From: Alphaproteobacteria bacterium
Lineage (GTDB): Bacteria > Pseudomonadota > Alphaproteobacteria > UBA9219 > RGZA01
NCBI GenBank assembly: GCA_021732145.1
Contig: JAKFVN010000017.1
Coordinates: 91,661 to 155,660, forward strand
DNA: 64,000 nucleotides
Reading direction: 5' to 3'
The position numbers and the translations under genes were made by a program. The notes under the pieces were generated by a model. The model was not told where the DNA came from. It worked only from the letters and a program-made list of their open reading frames with translations, and did no database searches. This document shows positions 8,704-18,536 of the stretch, piece after piece; the first letter of the stretch is position 1, and each line of letters begins with the position of its first letter.

Positions 8704-9720
8704 ATGACAACCCAGCATTTTCCTTTTTATCAATCCATCAAATCCTTAAGCCAGTTTCAGCAAACGCCATTTGTGTTGCTGGATGTGGGATGTCATGGCG
8801 GGTTGCATCCATTAGGCCGGCATTTTGCAGGCAACCTTGTGGGGGTTGGCTTTGATTTGGAAAAGGATGAAATTGCGCGGCTAAATGCCGCAGCGGATAA
8901 ACCGCGCGGCGCAGGATTTTTTCATATCAAACTGGTTGGCCCGAAGCACGCGGTTGAGCCAGCCGATGCGCCAAGCAGCGATATCATAGAGCGCAGCTCA
9001 GGTTACAAGGCCTGCACCATGCTGGGCGTTTATTCAGCGCAGCACATTAAGCAATCAACGGTCGCTGAAATAACCATGCTACAGGAAATGACACTCGATG
9101 AATTTACAAAACAAAAGAACCTGACCCATGTCGATTTCATCAAAACCGATACGGATGGATTTGATTTCCCGATTTTAAAAGGCGCAGAAGATTTGCTTTC
9201 TAAAACCGTATTGGGCTTGCAGGTGGAATGCGCCATTAACGGTTCGCAAAGCGACCAGTCCAACCTATGGCGCAATACCGATAAATTAATGCAGATGAAC
9301 GGGTTCTCGCTATTCGATATGCGCGTGTTCCGCTACAGCCGCGCGGTGATGCCGCGCGCCTTTGAAGGGCATGATCCCGCGCAAACCGAAAAAGGCCAAA
9401 TCAGCTGGTGCGATGCATTTTATTTCCGTGATTTGGGTGCGCCGGATTATGAAACCCGCACAGGTTTTGTTCCAACGGTTGAGCAAATGTTAAAGCAGGC
9501 GGCCCTGTTTGAATATTTCGGTTTTCCGGATTGCGCAGCGGAAGTGTTGATTAAATACAAAACCAGGCTTGCCGCGTTTATGGATGTGGATGCAGCGCTG
9601 AATGCGCTCACGCCCCAGGATATGGGCAATTTAAACTACAAAGAATATATGGGTGTTTTCGACCGCATGGTGAATACAAAGCAGATTTACCCGTTTGGCA
9701 GAATTAAGCTCCAAAAATAA
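8704..9720 (+). CDS. FkbM-family SAM-dependent methyltransferase-like protein (paralogue 1)
   Basis: FVLLDVGCHGG glycine-rich SAM loop, downstream acidic motif IKTDTDGFDFPIL. Same architecture as the ORF at 60848-61693. Confidence 0.5.
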   Translation: MTTQHFPFYQSIKSLSQFQQTPFVLLDVGCHGGLHPLGRHFAGNLVGVGFDLEKDEIARLNAAADKPRGAGFFHIKLVGPKHAVEPADAPSSDIIERSSGYKACTMLGVYSAQHIKQSTVAEITMLQEMTLDEFTKQKNLTHVDFIKTDTDGFDFPILKGAEDLLSKTVLGLQVECAINGSQSDQSNLWRNTDKLMQMNGFSLFDMRVFRYSRAVMPRAFEGHDPAQTEKGQISWCDAFYFRDLGAPDYETRTGFVPTVEQMLKQAALFEYFGFPDCAAEVLIKYKTRLAAFMDVDAALNALTPQDMGNLNYKEYMGVFDRMVNTKQIYPFGRIKLQK

Positions 9721-9745
9721 TTAAGAAAAATAACAAATTTCGGGT

Positions 9746-9773
9746 CTTGAAATCTGTCTTACCGAAATTATAT
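9746..9773 (+). promoter_or_regulatory. Putative RpoH (sigma32)-type heat-shock promoter upstream of hsp20
   Basis: CTTGAAA at 9746-9752, 17-nt spacer, then ATTATAT. This is close to the alphaproteobacterial RpoH consensus CTTG-N17-CYTATNT and would give a roughly 100-nt 5' UTR. Confidence 0.3.
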
Positions 9774-9783
9774 TTAATGGTGA

Positions 9784-9809
9784 TGCTGCAATGCCCATGA
9801 TGGGGTTGC
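9784..9809. promoter_or_regulatory. Imperfect inverted repeat CTGCAAtgCCCATgATGGGgTTGCAG in the hsp20 leader (operator or RNA structure)
   Basis: The 6-bp outer arms and 5-bp inner arms are exact reverse complements. Located just downstream of the putative -10. Confidence 0.35.
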
Positions 9810-9878
9810 AGCACGAACTAACATAGAGGCCGGCCATTCCCGGTGGCTTCAACCGCATATCGCTTTCAGGAGGATATT

Positions 9879-10346
9879 ATGCGCACCTACGACTTAACGC
9901 CCTTATTCCGTTCAACCATTGGCTTTGACAATCTCTCGCGTCTTATCGACAGCGCGATGAAGGTGGATGAAGCCGTTCCCGCTTACCCGCCCTATAACAT
10001 TGAAAAACTCAATGACGATGCCTATCGCATCACGATGGCTGTTGCGGGCTTTAACGAAAACGAGCTTAACCTTGTAACGCAGGACAATGTTCTTCTGGTT
10101 ACAGGCAAACAAACCAGTGATGACGCGGGTGAAGCCAAAGTATATCTCCATCGTGGTATCGCTGCCCGCAGTTTCGAGCGCCGCTTCCAGCTTGCTGACC
10201 ATGTAAAGGTCACTAGCGCAAGTTTGAGGGACGGCCTGCTTCACGTTGAACTAAAACGTGAAGTGCCGGAAGCCAAAAAGCCTCGCGCCATTAAAATTGA
10301 AAGTGGCGATGGTGGCGGTAAAGTTATCGACCAAACCGCTAATTAA
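9879..10346 (+). CDS. Small heat-shock protein, Hsp20/alpha-crystallin family
   Basis: MRTYDLTPLFRSTIGFD... IbpA-like N-terminus and alpha-crystallin domain. AGGAGG RBS 5 nt upstream of the ATG. Confidence 0.85.
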   Translation: MRTYDLTPLFRSTIGFDNLSRLIDSAMKVDEAVPAYPPYNIEKLNDDAYRITMAVAGFNENELNLVTQDNVLLVTGKQTSDDAGEAKVYLHRGIAARSFERRFQLADHVKVTSASLRDGLLHVELKREVPEAKKPRAIKIESGDGGGKVIDQTAN

Positions 10347-10364
10347 AACACGTGCAATAAAAAA

Positions 10365-10393
10365 ACCCCCGGTTCATCGCCGGGGGTTTCTTG
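10365..10393 (+). terminator. Rho-independent terminator after hsp20
   Basis: AAAAAA-CCCCCGG-ttcatcg-CCGGGGG-TTTCTTG: 7-bp GC stem followed by a T-rich tail. Confidence 0.65.
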
Positions 10394-10847
10394 TGCACGG
10401 CGTCCCGCGCGCGAATGGCTTTAAGTCCTGATATCTACCTTGCCACCACGGTCTGGTGTCACAGGTGAACTCGTGTCGATAATTGGCGGTTTTGGCGGCG
10501 GCGCAGCTTGCGGCGGCGGCAAAACGGTTTTAGGTGGCGTGACAATCTTCGATGATGTTGCTGAAACGCTCACGGCAAATCCCCTTTAAAATAAATTTCA
10601 ATATGCCAGCACTATAGCACAGGCGTGCTTAGGGATTTTTTAAGAAATCATCAAATGTGACGTATTCACCATGTTGTTTTGCTGCTGGTTCAACCAAACC
10701 GCTAACGATGCGTAAAGATTGGCTAAACAGTTGATTAAGGCCCGATGCAAAGACGCTGCTTTTAACCACCTTTTTGATTTTATTAAACGTTTTTGGGCTA
10801 ATCTGTTGGCCTTCTTGTGTTTATTCCGTTTTTTCGAGTGGTCTTCC

Positions 10848-13499
10848 TTGTCGCTTTATCTTGGCATTGATCTTGGCACTTCCAACAGTGTCGTCACAGG
10901 ATTGCTGGATTCTAAAATCCGCATTTTCCGTCCGGCTGACGGCGGTGAAACGCTGCCTTCAATGATTTACATTGATAAGCGTGGCCACCGTTTATTTGGC
11001 CGTCGCGCGCATGACCAGGCATTTATCGCGCCGGAAAATGTTGCGGCTGGTTTTAAGCGCCTGATGGGTACCAACACCAAGATTGAAGTTCCCGGCGCAG
11101 AGGTTTCGCTCACGCCTGAAGAATGCAGCGCGGAAATCATCAAGCAATTGATTGGCCAGGTATTCACCGAAATCGGCCAGCAGGAAATTGATGGCGTTGT
11201 CATCACCATTCCTGCCGCCTTCAACCAGATGCAGTCAGAAGCGACATTGCGCGCTGCCGAAATGGCAGGTATTAAACGCGTAGCGCTATTGCAGGAACCC
11301 GTTGCGGCTGCGATGGCTGCAATGGCCGGTACGCCGCGTGAAGGGCATTTTCTGGTTTATGATTTGGGCGGCGGCACGTTTGATTTGGCGCTCGCGCATA
11401 GCAAAGACGGCGAAGTAAAAATCGTATCGCATCAGGGCATCAACATGCTGGGCGGCCGCGATTTTGACCGCATGATTGTGCATGAAGTGGTACGCCCTTG
11501 GCTCAAGGAAACCTATAATCTTCCCGAGGATTTTTTCCGCAACAAGGAATACTCCCGTTTAATGCGCATTGCATCGCTGGCGGCTGAACGCGCCAAGATT
11601 GATTTAAGCCTGGTTGAGGAAACGCAAGTATTTGCCAGCGAAGAAGAAGTGCGCATGAAAGATTTGGCAGGCACTGATATTTTTATCGATGCAACACTGA
11701 CTCGCACGGTATTCGAAGGGCTGATTAAAACACCCGTGAACAACACCATCGATTTAATCCGCAGTGTTCTGGAAGAAGCCGAGCTTAAAACCGAAGATTT
11801 GGATTCGATTGTGTTTATCGGCGGCCCATCGCGCATTCCGCTCATTAAGGAAATGGTAAGCGAAGCATTGAAAGTGCCGGTGGATTTGAAGATTGACCCG
11901 ATGACCGCCGTGGCGATTGGCGCGGCATATCACGCCGAAAGCTTAACATGGGAAAGTGTTGCATCTGTCGCACCTGCAAAAGACAGTGAAGCAAAACCAG
12001 CCGAAGAAAAATTGCAAGCGAAGCCAAAACCCAAAGAAGCGCGGGTGGAAGTTGATAAAAAGCAAACCGGCCTTGATTTGGCATTTGATTATTCGGCGCG
12101 TACCGGCGCGGATAAAGCCAGTGTGCGCGTGGTGCTGCGCGCTAAGCCAGCCAAGGCGCGCTGGATGCGCGCATTCCGAAATGATGACAACGAAGAATGG
12201 CAATCGCCGCTTTATAAATTGGAAGATGGCTTAACGCTTACACTGCCATTGCCGCATATCGGCAAAAATGATTTTACGATTTCAGTGTTCGATGAACAGC
12301 GCGACCCGCTGCCGCATGGCGACCGCAAGATTACCGTAACGCGCACGGCTGCATCGGCCGCGCAAATTCCTGCCGCGCAAACCATTGCAGTGAAGTTGAT
12401 TGACCGCAAGGCTGGCGAGAATGTTCTCGACCCGCTTATTACCAAGGGCACGCAATTGCCCGCCGAAGGCAAGGCCATTTTCCGCGCCGCGCGCGATTTG
12501 AAATCTGGCTCGCAAAACGCTTTGGCGCTTGAACTATTCCAGTTGGAATATCCGGAAAAGGTTGAATTGAACCTTTGCATCGGCACTTTCTTTATTACCG
12601 GCAATGATTTGCCGGAAGGCTATATCATCCGCAAAGGTGAGCCTGTGACCTTTAACTGGCAAATGGATGAAAGCGGCATTTTGCGCTCCACCGTGCGCTT
12701 GCCTGCGCATAAAGACGATGGCAAAGAACATGAAGAAGGCGAGGCATTCGATGATGAAGAAGACCCCATCGAGCTTATCACGCCGCGTTTCTATTCGCCG
12801 CAATCGGCCGCGATTGCCTATGATGCAAAACACGGAACACCTTTTTCCAAGGCAATGTTGAAGCAGGCCGAAGAAGATTGGGGCGATTTGGCCGCGGCGA
12901 TTGGCCCGGCTGCAGGCGCGGATATTCAATTATTGAAAGATAGAATTGATGATCAAAAAGAAATCCTCAAAGATAGCCTTGATGATAGCGAAGTTATTCG
13001 CCAGGTATCTGAAGAAGCGCGTTTTTTAAGGCAGGATATCGCCCGCACCAGCCGCAAGCATCTTATTCCGTTATTGCAGCGCCGCTTGGGCCGCTTGCAG
13101 GCCATCTTTAACCGTGTGGCGCGTGCGTTTGCGAATGCCGAAGAACTGGAACGCTTTGAAAAGACAATTGCCGATATTAACGGCGTGCTGGATGAAAAGC
13201 GCGAAGCGGAATTGAATTACGCCGAACGCCGCCTTGAAGATTTAACCGATGATTTCTTTGATTTGTCATGGCGCGACCGCAATTTTGTGCGCTTATGGTT
13301 CAATCGCCTGAAGACCGAAAGCTATCTGTTCCCCGATTTGGAAGAGTTTCAATCGATGGTTGATGCCGGCGCGGTGCATGACCGCGAAAATGATGACGAA
13401 GCCTTGCGTGACCTTGTAAAGCGCATGTTTGATATTCGCGTGCGCCTTTCGGCCAGCGATACGGTTAGCGAACCTGCCACATTAATGCGCGGCGAATAA
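10848..13499 (+). CDS. Atypical Hsp70-family ATPase (about 880 aa) with divergent extended C-terminus
   Basis: Canonical NBD motifs: GIDLGTSNS, DLGGGTFD, IGGPSRIPL and GAAYHA. A divergent SBD-beta-like segment follows (LITKGTQLP ... GILRSTVRLP). Then an acidic stretch and about 300 aa of predicted helix. Start assigned to the in-frame TTG at 10848 (MSLYLGIDLG). The track ORF begins at ATG 10719 and would add an implausible 43-aa leader. Confidence 0.75.
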   Translation: MSLYLGIDLGTSNSVVTGLLDSKIRIFRPADGGETLPSMIYIDKRGHRLFGRRAHDQAFIAPENVAAGFKRLMGTNTKIEVPGAEVSLTPEECSAEIIKQLIGQVFTEIGQQEIDGVVITIPAAFNQMQSEATLRAAEMAGIKRVALLQEPVAAAMAAMAGTPREGHFLVYDLGGGTFDLALAHSKDGEVKIVSHQGINMLGGRDFDRMIVHEVVRPWLKETYNLPEDFFRNKEYSRLMRIASLAAERAKIDLSLVEETQVFASEEEVRMKDLAGTDIFIDATLTRTVFEGLIKTPVNNTIDLIRSVLEEAELKTEDLDSIVFIGGPSRIPLIKEMVSEALKVPVDLKIDPMTAVAIGAAYHAESLTWESVASVAPAKDSEAKPAEEKLQAKPKPKEARVEVDKKQTGLDLAFDYSARTGADKASVRVVLRAKPAKARWMRAFRNDDNEEWQSPLYKLEDGLTLTLPLPHIGKNDFTISVFDEQRDPLPHGDRKITVTRTAASAAQIPAAQTIAVKLIDRKAGENVLDPLITKGTQLPAEGKAIFRAARDLKSGSQNALALELFQLEYPEKVELNLCIGTFFITGNDLPEGYIIRKGEPVTFNWQMDESGILRSTVRLPAHKDDGKEHEEGEAFDDEEDPIELITPRFYSPQSAAIAYDAKHGTPFSKAMLKQAEEDWGDLAAAIGPAAGADIQLLKDRIDDQKEILKDSLDDSEVIRQVSEEARFLRQDIARTSRKHLIPLLQRRLGRLQAIFNRVARAFANAEELERFEKTIADINGVLDEKREAELNYAERRLEDLTDDFFDLSWRDRNFVRLWFNRLKTESYLFPDLEEFQSMVDAGAVHDRENDDEALRDLVKRMFDIRVRLSASDTVSEPATLMRGE

Positions 13500-13549
13500 T
13501 CACATCAATAAAGCTAGACCTCCACCCCCAACCCTCTATAATAACAAGC

Positions 13550-14971
13550 ATGTCGAAAATTCATCCTGTCATTATGTCTGGTGGGTCGGGCACACGCCTT
13601 TGGCCTATTTCCCGTGCCCTGTTTCCCAAGCAGTTTTTAAAGCTGACAACCGAGCACACATTGCTGCAAGACGCTGTCTTGCGCGTGAGTGACGCATCGG
13701 TTTTCGCTGCGCCCATTATCATCTGCGCGGAAGAGCACCGCTTCATGATTGCCGAGCAATTGCGCGAATTGAATATCAAGCCGCATGCCATTTTGCTGGA
13801 ACCATCGCCGCGCAGCACGGCTGCGGTTGCGGCGGCTGCGGCGCAATTCCTTGCGCCAACCAAGGAAGACCCGGATCCCTTGTTCCTTTTAATGCCAACC
13901 GATCATGCGGTGGGCAATGTGCCTGCCTTTGTAAAGGCGTGCAAGGATGCTGCGCTGGCAGCATCCGATGGTTATCTGACAACCTTTGGCGTGCTGCCGC
14001 AACGCGCGGAAACGGGGTATGGCTACATCAAGCCCGGCGATGGTGTTGGCGCTGGAACCGTGCGCAGCATTTCATTATTTGTTGAAAAGCCGGATATGGC
14101 GAAAGCTGAAACCTTCGTGAAGCAGGGCTATTTATGGAATAGCGGCATGTTCCTGTTTTCCGTGCGCAGCGTTGTGGAAGAACTCACCCGCTTGCAGCCA
14201 GAAATCATGGCGAAGGTGCATGACTCACTGACCAAAGCAGTGCGCGATTTGGATTTCATTCGTTTGGATAAAGATTCATTCGCCAAAGTGCCATCGGTTT
14301 CAATTGACGTTGGCATTATGGAAAAAACCCGAAAAGCCGCCGTGGTTCCGGTCGATATGGCATGGAATGATATCGGTTCATGGCAAAGCATGTGGGATAT
14401 CGCCAAAAAAGACGGGCAGGGAAATGTCGCAACGGGTGATACGCTGCTCGAAGACTCCAAAAACTGCTATGTGCACAGCGATGGGCGCTTAACCGTTACC
14501 CTTGGCACTGAAAATCTTGTTGTCATTACCATGGATGATGTGGTGATGGTCACGGATATGAAGCGCGCGCAGGATGTGAAGCTGGTGGTTGATAAACTCA
14601 AAGCCAAGAAGCGCCAAGAAGTACAACATGCCCGCCGCGTCTATCGCCCGTGGGGCTGGTATGAAAGCCTTGGCGAAGGCGAACGCTTTCAGGTCAAGCG
14701 CATCATGGTCAATCCCGGCAGCAAGCTGTCGTTGCAAAGCCATCACCACCGTAGCGAGCATTGGGTCGTTGTTAACGGCACTGCCTTAGTTACTAAAGGT
14801 GACGAAGAGATTGCCATTCATGAAAATGAATCTATTTATTTACCTGTTGGCACAAAACACCGTTTGCAAAATCCCGGGAAACTGCCTTTGATGGTAGTGG
14901 AAGTGCAGTCTGGTTCCTATCTTGGGGAAGACGATATTATCCGGTTCGAAGACACGTATGGCCGTTCATAA
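13550..14971 (+). CDS. manC: Mannose-1-phosphate guanylyltransferase / mannose-6-phosphate isomerase (bifunctional ManC/XanB type)
   Basis: N-terminal nucleotidyltransferase VIMSGGSGTRLWP, C-terminal cupin isomerase domain. Confidence 0.85.
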   Translation: MSKIHPVIMSGGSGTRLWPISRALFPKQFLKLTTEHTLLQDAVLRVSDASVFAAPIIICAEEHRFMIAEQLRELNIKPHAILLEPSPRSTAAVAAAAAQFLAPTKEDPDPLFLLMPTDHAVGNVPAFVKACKDAALAASDGYLTTFGVLPQRAETGYGYIKPGDGVGAGTVRSISLFVEKPDMAKAETFVKQGYLWNSGMFLFSVRSVVEELTRLQPEIMAKVHDSLTKAVRDLDFIRLDKDSFAKVPSVSIDVGIMEKTRKAAVVPVDMAWNDIGSWQSMWDIAKKDGQGNVATGDTLLEDSKNCYVHSDGRLTVTLGTENLVVITMDDVVMVTDMKRAQDVKLVVDKLKAKKRQEVQHARRVYRPWGWYESLGEGERFQVKRIMVNPGSKLSLQSHHHRSEHWVVVNGTALVTKGDEEIAIHENESIYLPVGTKHRLQNPGKLPLMVVEVQSGSYLGEDDIIRFEDTYGRS

Positions 14972-14988
14972 ATCCCATTCATAATAAA

Positions 14989-15510
14989 ATGCGTCGTAAG
15001 CTTTCGCTTTTAGTATTAGGTTTCATTTTTTGTTTTGCCCCACTGCTTCATGCAACTGAAACAGGCGGCGGGTTATCTTCGGCTGTCAAGCGCACTGGGC
15101 TGCCCGTGCCGCGTTTTGCAAGCCTGCGCAGCAATGATGTGAATATGCGTTCAGGCCCCGGTCAGCGTTATCCCATTGTGTGGGTTTATAAACGCAAAGC
15201 CATGCCGGTTGAAATTACGGCGGAGTTTGATATCTGGCGCCGCATCCGCGATGTGCATGGCGCAGAAGGCTGGGTTAATCAGGCAACCCTTTCGGGTAAG
15301 CGCATGGTGCTGGTGGTAGGCAAGACCATGCAGCCGGTTTTTAAGAAAAACGAAGCCAATTCAACGCTTCGCGGGCAGGCAGAGCCCGGCGTTCAAGGCA
15401 GGGCTTTGAAATGCGATGAGCAATGGTGTAAAATCGAATTCGATAGCGTAAAAGGCTATATGAAGCGGGAGAGCCTATGGGGCTTATATCCCGGCGAGAA
15501 AATTGACTAA
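14989..15510 (+). CDS. Secreted SH3-like (bacterial SH3b/DUF1058-type) domain protein
   Basis: Signal peptide, then a roughly 150-aa domain with the VNMRSGPG...PV motif. This family is often found upstream of coaBC in alphaproteobacteria. Confidence 0.6.
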   Translation: MRRKLSLLVLGFIFCFAPLLHATETGGGLSSAVKRTGLPVPRFASLRSNDVNMRSGPGQRYPIVWVYKRKAMPVEITAEFDIWRRIRDVHGAEGWVNQATLSGKRMVLVVGKTMQPVFKKNEANSTLRGQAEPGVQGRALKCDEQWCKIEFDSVKGYMKRESLWGLYPGEKID

Positions 15511-15516
15511 GGCATT

Positions 15517-16710
15517 ATGTCGTTAAAGCACAAAACCATTCTGCTGATTGTGACGGGCAGTATTGCTGCCTATAAAGCGCCGGAACTTATCCGCCTGCTG
15601 GTGAAAGATGGCGCGCGCGTTATCCCCGTGCTGACCAAAGGCGGCGCGCAATTTGTAACGCCGCTTACGTTGCAAACCCTCGCCGAAGAAAAATCATATT
15701 CTGAATTATTCTCACTGACCGATGAAGCGGAAATGGGGCACATTAAGTTAAGCCGCATTTCTGATTTGGTGGTGGTTGCACCAGCATCCGCTGATTTCAT
15801 GGCAAAGATGGCCTATGGATTAGCTGATGATTTGGCGAGCACATTGGTTTTAGCAAACACCAAACCCGTTTTATGTGCGCCAGCCATGAACCCGCAAATG
15901 TGGGCTGCTGCACCAACGCAGGATAATGTCAAGACGCTGACAAAGCGCGGTGTTGAATTTATTGGCCCGGCGTCGGGTGATGTTGCATGCCATGAAGATG
16001 GTGTTGGCCGGATGAGTGAACCAACCGAAATTTTCGAAGCGATTAAAAAAAAACTGGCACAAAGCAACGCGCTAAAGGGTAGGCGCGTGATTATCACCGC
16101 TGGCCCGACGGTGGAGGCGATTGACCCCGTGCGTTTCATTTCCAACCATTCATCCGGCAAGCAGGGCTTTGCGATTGCGCAGGCATTGGCATCAGCCGGC
16201 GCAGACGTCACGCTTATTCACGGGCCAACGGCGTTAACGCCGTCCGGTGGCATTAAGAAAACCGTGCCAGTGACATCGGCCGATGATATGAATAAAGCCG
16301 TGCAGGCAGCCTTGCCAGCCGATATTGCAATTTGCGCCGCTGCTGTTGCCGATTGGCGCGTGAAAGAAGCAAACACCAATAAGATAAAGAAGGGTACGAA
16401 AACACCCACGCTAACCTTGGAAGAAAACACCGATATTCTGTTATCGCTTAGCCAAAATAAAAAACGCCCCAAATTAGTCATCGGCTTTGCCGCAGAAACT
16501 GAAAGCCTTGAAAAAAATGCTGCCGCTAAGTTAGCGCGCAAGAAATGTGACTGGTTATTAGCCAATGATGTTTCAAATGGCGTTTTTGGCGCAGATACTA
16601 ACCAGATTCTGTTTTTAAGCAGTGGCAAGAAGCCGGAAAAATGGGATAAGCTGACCAAGTCAGATGTTGCTGAAAAACTGACACAGAAAATTGTATCCTA
16701 TTTTAAATGA
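15517..16710 (+). CDS. coaBC: Bifunctional phosphopantothenoylcysteine decarboxylase / phosphopantothenate-cysteine ligase
   Basis: N-terminal flavoprotein domain and C-terminal DFP ligase domain, 397 aa. Confidence 0.9.
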   Translation: MSLKHKTILLIVTGSIAAYKAPELIRLLVKDGARVIPVLTKGGAQFVTPLTLQTLAEEKSYSELFSLTDEAEMGHIKLSRISDLVVVAPASADFMAKMAYGLADDLASTLVLANTKPVLCAPAMNPQMWAAAPTQDNVKTLTKRGVEFIGPASGDVACHEDGVGRMSEPTEIFEAIKKKLAQSNALKGRRVIITAGPTVEAIDPVRFISNHSSGKQGFAIAQALASAGADVTLIHGPTALTPSGGIKKTVPVTSADDMNKAVQAALPADIAICAAAVADWRVKEANTNKIKKGTKTPTLTLEENTDILLSLSQNKKRPKLVIGFAAETESLEKNAAAKLARKKCDWLLANDVSNGVFGADTNQILFLSSGKKPEKWDKLTKSDVAEKLTQKIVSYFK

Positions 16711-16717
16711 GGCCTAT

Positions 16718-17170
16718 ATGACCCAAGCTATTCCATTACAGATTCAACGTCTGCCGCATGCTGCTGATTTAGCGCTGCCTGCTTATGCAACCGATCAATC
16801 AGCGGGGATGGATTTATTGGCTGCCGTTGAAACTGATACCATTTTGGCACCCATGCAACGCACGCTTATTCCAACCGGAATTGCGATTGCATTGCCAGCA
16901 GGTTACGAAGCGCAGGTTCGCGCGCGTTCAGGCCTGACGATTAAAAACGGATTATGCGTGCTCAATGGCCCCGGCACGGTGGATGCCGATTACCGCGGCG
17001 AGATCAAAGTGATTTTGGCAAATATGGGCAGCGAGCCCTTTGTGATTACCAGAGGCATGCGCATTGCGCAGTTGGTGATTGCATCTTATACGCGCATCAA
17101 CTGGCAAGAAGTGCCGGAACTTACCGCATCAAGCAGGGGTGCTGGCGGGTTTGGATCCACCGGAACCTAA
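16718..17170 (+). CDS. dut: dUTP diphosphatase
   Basis: 151 aa, dUTPase motifs ([19 protein letters not shown]). Confidence 0.9.
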   Translation: MTQAIPLQIQRLPHAADLALPAYATDQSAGMDLLAAVETDTILAPMQRTLIPTGIAIALPAGYEAQVRARSGLTIKNGLCVLNGPGTVDADYRGEIKVILANMGSEPFVITRGMRIAQLVIASYTRINWQEVPELTASSRGAGGFGSTGT

Positions 17171-17803
17171 CGTCATTACGCGTTCCAGTTCAGGAAGCGC
17201 GCTGCGACGTACCCAGCCCATCGTCATTTCATCACAGCGTTTATTAGACAGGTTGAATAGCGTTTCCAATATTGCGCCATAGCTGCGGCCATGCGCTTGA
17301 ATAAAGTTAGGCCAGCCAATAAGGCGCTGATGATATGCTTCAAGCGTCGGTTGATCCAAACGCGGATTAAGAATGATGTTGCCGAGCGCATTATTTAAAT
17401 TGCCCATGCATGACATGGTCGCGCAGCCACTATCATCACGCATGTTGTCAATTTCAGATAAGATAACGAGCGCCATGCGCCGTGTTTCCGCATTGGCTTC
17501 TACAACCGTTTTGCCTTTTGGCAGTAAAGCGGGCGTTGCAATCTCCGCCTTTTCTGGGTTGAGGCAATCAATCAACACCCGTATCAGTTTGTCTTGCGCG
17601 GCATAGCCTGCTTCAACGAATGGGTTTTGGCTTAGCTTGCGTTGGATGAATATCAGATGCTTGATATTGTCCATCTTCATCTGGAAACGGGTGATAGGGC
17701 CGGTTTTGATGTCGTGTTGTAGATCATCAATAGCGGTCACCAACAACGCAGTGTTGGAAAACATGCCATAGGCTTGGGGCGGTTTGGGACGTGATTGGTG
17801 CAT
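17129..17803 (-). CDS. Hypothetical protein (224 aa), no family recognised
   Basis: Long ORF convergent with dut, overlapping its 3' end by about 40 nt. True start uncertain. Confidence 0.4.
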   Translation of the reverse strand: MHQSRPKPPQAYGMFSNTALLVTAIDDLQHDIKTGPITRFQMKMDNIKHLIFIQRKLSQNPFVEAGYAAQDKLIRVLIDCLNPEKAEIATPALLPKGKTVVEANAETRRMALVILSEIDNMRDDSGCATMSCMGNLNNALGNIILNPRLDQPTLEAYHQRLIGWPNFIQAHGRSYGAILETLFNLSNKRCDEMTMGWVRRSALPELERVMTLGSGGSKPASTPA

Positions 17804-17870
17804 AGGCTTATTCAGTCACTAAAAACGTGACCATGCCATTTGAAAAATACTTTCAAACGTAGTTATTGGA

Positions 17871-18533
17871 TTAGGAGGCTTTTTTAACAGCTTCCAGCGC
17901 AACAACGATGTCTGCGGCGGTGTTTTTCTTAACTTCTTCCAATGTTACGCCTTCGGCGAGTTCACGAAGAATAAAGCCCGGCTTACCGTCGGTTGGAATA
18001 TCAAAAATGCCGAGTTCGGTAATGATGCGATCGACAACGCCTTGGCCAGTTAACGGGAGGCTGCAACGCTTCACCATTTTGGCTTCGCCCTTGGCGGTAT
18101 GTTCCATCACGATAACCACGCGCTTCACGCCAGCTACCAAATCCATTGCGCCGCCTGGGCCTTTCACCATCTTGCCGGGCACAAGCCAGTTCGCAAGGTC
18201 GCCGTTTTCAGCAACCTGCAATGCGCCAAGAATGGATAAGTCGATATGACCGCCGCGAACCATTGCGAATGATGTTGCGCTATCAAAGTAGGATGAGCGT
18301 GGCAGTGATGTAATGGTTTGCTTGCCTGCGTTGATTAGGTCTGGGTCTTCTTCACCTTCATAAGGGAAGGGGCCAACGCCCAACATGCCATTTTCACTTT
18401 GCAGTGAAACATCAACGCCCTTTGGAATATAATTCGCCACAAGGGTTGGAATACCAATGCCAAGGTTCACATAGAAACCGTCTTGCAATTCTTGTGCGGC
18501 TTTTTCAGCCATTTGTTCTCTTGTCCATGCCAT
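17871..18533 (-). CDS. scoB: 3-oxoacid CoA-transferase subunit B
   Basis: 220 aa, contains the catalytic SENG motif. Confidence 0.85.
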   Translation of the reverse strand: MAWTREQMAEKAAQELQDGFYVNLGIGIPTLVANYIPKGVDVSLQSENGMLGVGPFPYEGEEDPDLINAGKQTITSLPRSSYFDSATSFAMVRGGHIDLSILGALQVAENGDLANWLVPGKMVKGPGGAMDLVAGVKRVVIVMEHTAKGEAKMVKRCSLPLTGQGVVDRIITELGIFDIPTDGKPGFILRELAEGVTLEEVKKNTAADIVVALEAVKKAS

Positions 18534-18536
18534 GAT

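Noticed and set aside
10719-10847. ATG at 10719 as start of the Hsp70-like gene
   Set aside because: It would add 43 residues in front of the invariant GIDLGT phosphate-1 motif, which sits within about 10 residues of the N-terminus in all Hsp70s. The in-frame TTG at 10848 gives the canonical MSLYLGIDLG start. This is still uncertain.
10394-10847. tRNA or small RNA gene in the 450-bp gap between hsp20 and the Hsp70-like gene
   Set aside because: I could not find cloverleaf-compatible segments or a conserved GTTC/T-loop. The region most likely holds the promoter and leader of the Hsp70-like gene, though an sRNA cannot be excluded without tools.
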